A DNA stretch of 64,000 bases from Candidatus Eiseniibacteriota bacterium (GTDB taxonomy: Bacteria > Eisenbacteria > RBG-16-71-46): the NCBI GenBank assembly GCA_963725865.1, contig CAVSAC010000010.1, positions 224,001-288,000 of the forward strand. The letters are read 5' to 3'. The position numbers and the translations under genes are program-made. The stretch's first letter is position 1. The number at the start of each line of letters is the position of its first letter. The notes under the pieces were generated by a model. That model ran no database searches. It was not told the origin of the DNA and saw only the letters and a program-made list of their open reading frames with translations. This document shows, piece by piece, positions 62,545-64,000 of the stretch.

Positions 62545-64000
62545 CAGAAGAACGCCCTCAGCTCCGCGCGCCCGTCGTAGCGCGCGGAGCGCTCGGGAAA
62601 GCGGCGGGCCGCCATCGACACGCCGAGCGTGGTGCTCTCGCGCACCCGGTAGTCCACGCGCGCGGTGCTCTCCCACTGCGGTGCGCCGGCCGGGTCGGCG
62701 CTCGGCAGCAGCCCCACCGCGGGCGGTCCCGCGATGAACGCGCGCCGGGCGGTCAGCTCCGCGCGCCCGCGCGCGCCGAGCGCGATCCCGACGTCGGGGC
62801 CGAGCCGCAGCGTGCGCGTGACCTCGGGCTGTCCCGCGGGCCGGCTCCAGATGGCCTCGCCGAAGGCGGTCAGACGGAGGACGTTCGAGGGCGTCACCAC
62901 CAGCCGCCCGGTGCCGCCGGCATCCAACAGCGTGCGCTGGAACGCGCGGCCGGCCTGCAGGCGCTGCTCCGCGATCTGCCGGCGCAGGCGGCTCTCCAGT
63001 TCGGTCGTCACCGCGGCGCCGGGGCGCGCGCGCCAGCGCAACGTGCCCTGGCGGTCCTCGACGGTCTGGGCGAAGTCCACGAACTGTCGATCGGCGGTCA
63101 CCCGGCGCTCGAGCCGCAGGTGCATCGCGGCGGTGCGCGAGCCGGGCGCCAGATCGGCCTCCAGCCGCTGGAGCACGCTGCCGCGCGAGAGCCCCGGATC
63201 GCCAAGCACCGCGTTCGGCGAGACGAACGCATCGGTCCCGCGCAGCGCGCCGCGGCGGCGCGCCTCGCTCTCGAACGCGAACTCCACGCGCGAGCCACGC
63301 CACGCCTCCGAGCTGCCGAAGTCGAGCGACGTCGCCGCGCTGGTGGCCGCGCGCGCGACGCGGTCGAGCTCCGGCGCGATGGTCTCCACCAGCGCGTAGT
63401 CACCGTGGCCGACCAGATTGCCGGTGGAATCGTACGAGCCCTGGCCGACGCCCACGAACACCACCTGCCGCGAACGCCGATTTTCGCCCTCGCTGGTGAT
63501 CTCGAGCGACAGGTTGCCGCGCAGCCCGCGCCGGACATCCTGACCGCGCAGCCGCAGGCTGCCGAGGTCGCTGCGCGTGCGCTGGAGCGCGGCGAGCGGG
63601 AGCACGTCGCGGCGCTGCACGTTGAGCGTCACGGAGAGCATGCCGTCCGGCGGGCTCTCGAGGCCGCCGGTCCACGTCCGCGCGCGGGTCTGGTCCTCGA
63701 AGCCGGTGGCGCGCGCCTGCGCGTCGCGGCGCAGCGCGAGCCCGACGCGCGCGCGCCAGCGCAGCGCGCGCGGGCTCTGGAGCACGAACGCGCCTTCGCG
63801 GAACCGGGTGCCCACGCGACCCGTGTCGCTGGGTGCCCGCCGGGTGTCGGCCTCGCCGCGCACCGCCGGCTCCAGCCAGCGGCCGTTCCAGCGCAGCTCG
63901 CCCAACAGGTGATCGCGCCCGCCATCGCGGAAGCGCCAGCCGTCGCGTTCGGCCTCGGCTCGCTCCCACAGCGCGTGCGCGCCCAGCACGCCGGCGCGCG
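62544..64000 (-). CDS. Large hypothetical outer-membrane protein (5' part outside the window)
   Basis: Long open frame with a beta-strand pattern ending in the beta-signal-like GRAELRAFF; the stop overlaps the Omp85 start. Confidence 0.65.
   Translation of the reverse strand, partial: RAGVLGAHALWERAEAERDGWRFRDGGRDHLLGELRWNGRWLEPAVRGEADTRRAPSDTGRVGTRFREGAFVLQSPRALRWRARVGLALRRDAQARATGFEDQTRARTWTGGLESPPDGMLSVTLNVQRRDVLPLAALQRTRSDLGSLRLRGQDVRRGLRGNLSLEITSEGENRRSRQVVFVGVGQGSYDSTGNLVGHGDYALVETIAPELDRVARAATSAATSLDFGSSEAWRGSRVEFAFESEARRRGALRGTDAFVSPNAVLGDPGLSRGSVLQRLEADLAPGSRTAAMHLRLERRVTADRQFVDFAQTVEDRQGTLRWRARPGAAVTTELESRLRRQIAEQRLQAGRAFQRTLLDAGGTGRLVVTPSNVLRLTAFGEAIWSRPAGQPEVTRTLRLGPDVGIALGARGRAELTARRAFIAGPPAVGLLPSADPAGAPQWESTARVDYRVRESTTLGVSMAARRFPERSARYDGRAELRAFF

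Overview
This is a very GC-rich bacterial chromosome segment of housekeeping and type IV pilus genes. Almost all genes are on the minus strand and many are coupled by ATGA/GTGA overlaps; the one clear plus-strand gene is DUF3467-like. The gene mix suggests a diderm of an uncultured FCB-related lineage such as Ca. Eisenbacteria (inference only). Order in the direction of transcription (right to left): outer-membrane proteins (large barrel, Omp85/BamA-like), dinG, hutH-hutU-hutI-ftcD, TPR protein, PHP phosphatase, ECF S-component, putative porin, comEA, and a Myxococcus/Geobacter-style T4P locus (pilB-T-C-S-R, two pilins, ABC transporter plus TPR protein, pilMNOPQ). These are followed by aroK, a LolB/LolA-like pair, rsmD, coaD, pta, FmdB zinc ribbon, an aconitase-fold protein, obgE, HEAT protein, dprA, lipid A acyltransferase, thioesterase, a GAF histidine-kinase-like protein, tRNA-Phe, tRNA-Thr, glmS, ridA, selD (UGA-Sec), tRNA-Sec, a DUF5683-like gene, lepA, two lepB, hemW, hrcA-grpE-dnaJ-rsmE and rpsU-cvpA-mutS2-dnaG. 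I saw no mobile elements or CRISPR arrays. Most notable: (1) a full-length aconitase-fold ORF lacking essentially all catalytic and Fe-S residues; (2) a GAF-kinase lacking its phospho-His and ATP-binding boxes, behind a sigma-54 promoter; (3) tRNA-Sec lying entirely inside an ORF coupled to selD; (4) a structured glmS leader resembling a divergent glmS ribozyme; (5) single-base frameshifts in pilT and the second pilin; (6) six sigma-54-type promoters. Everything was read by eye; no database searches were run.
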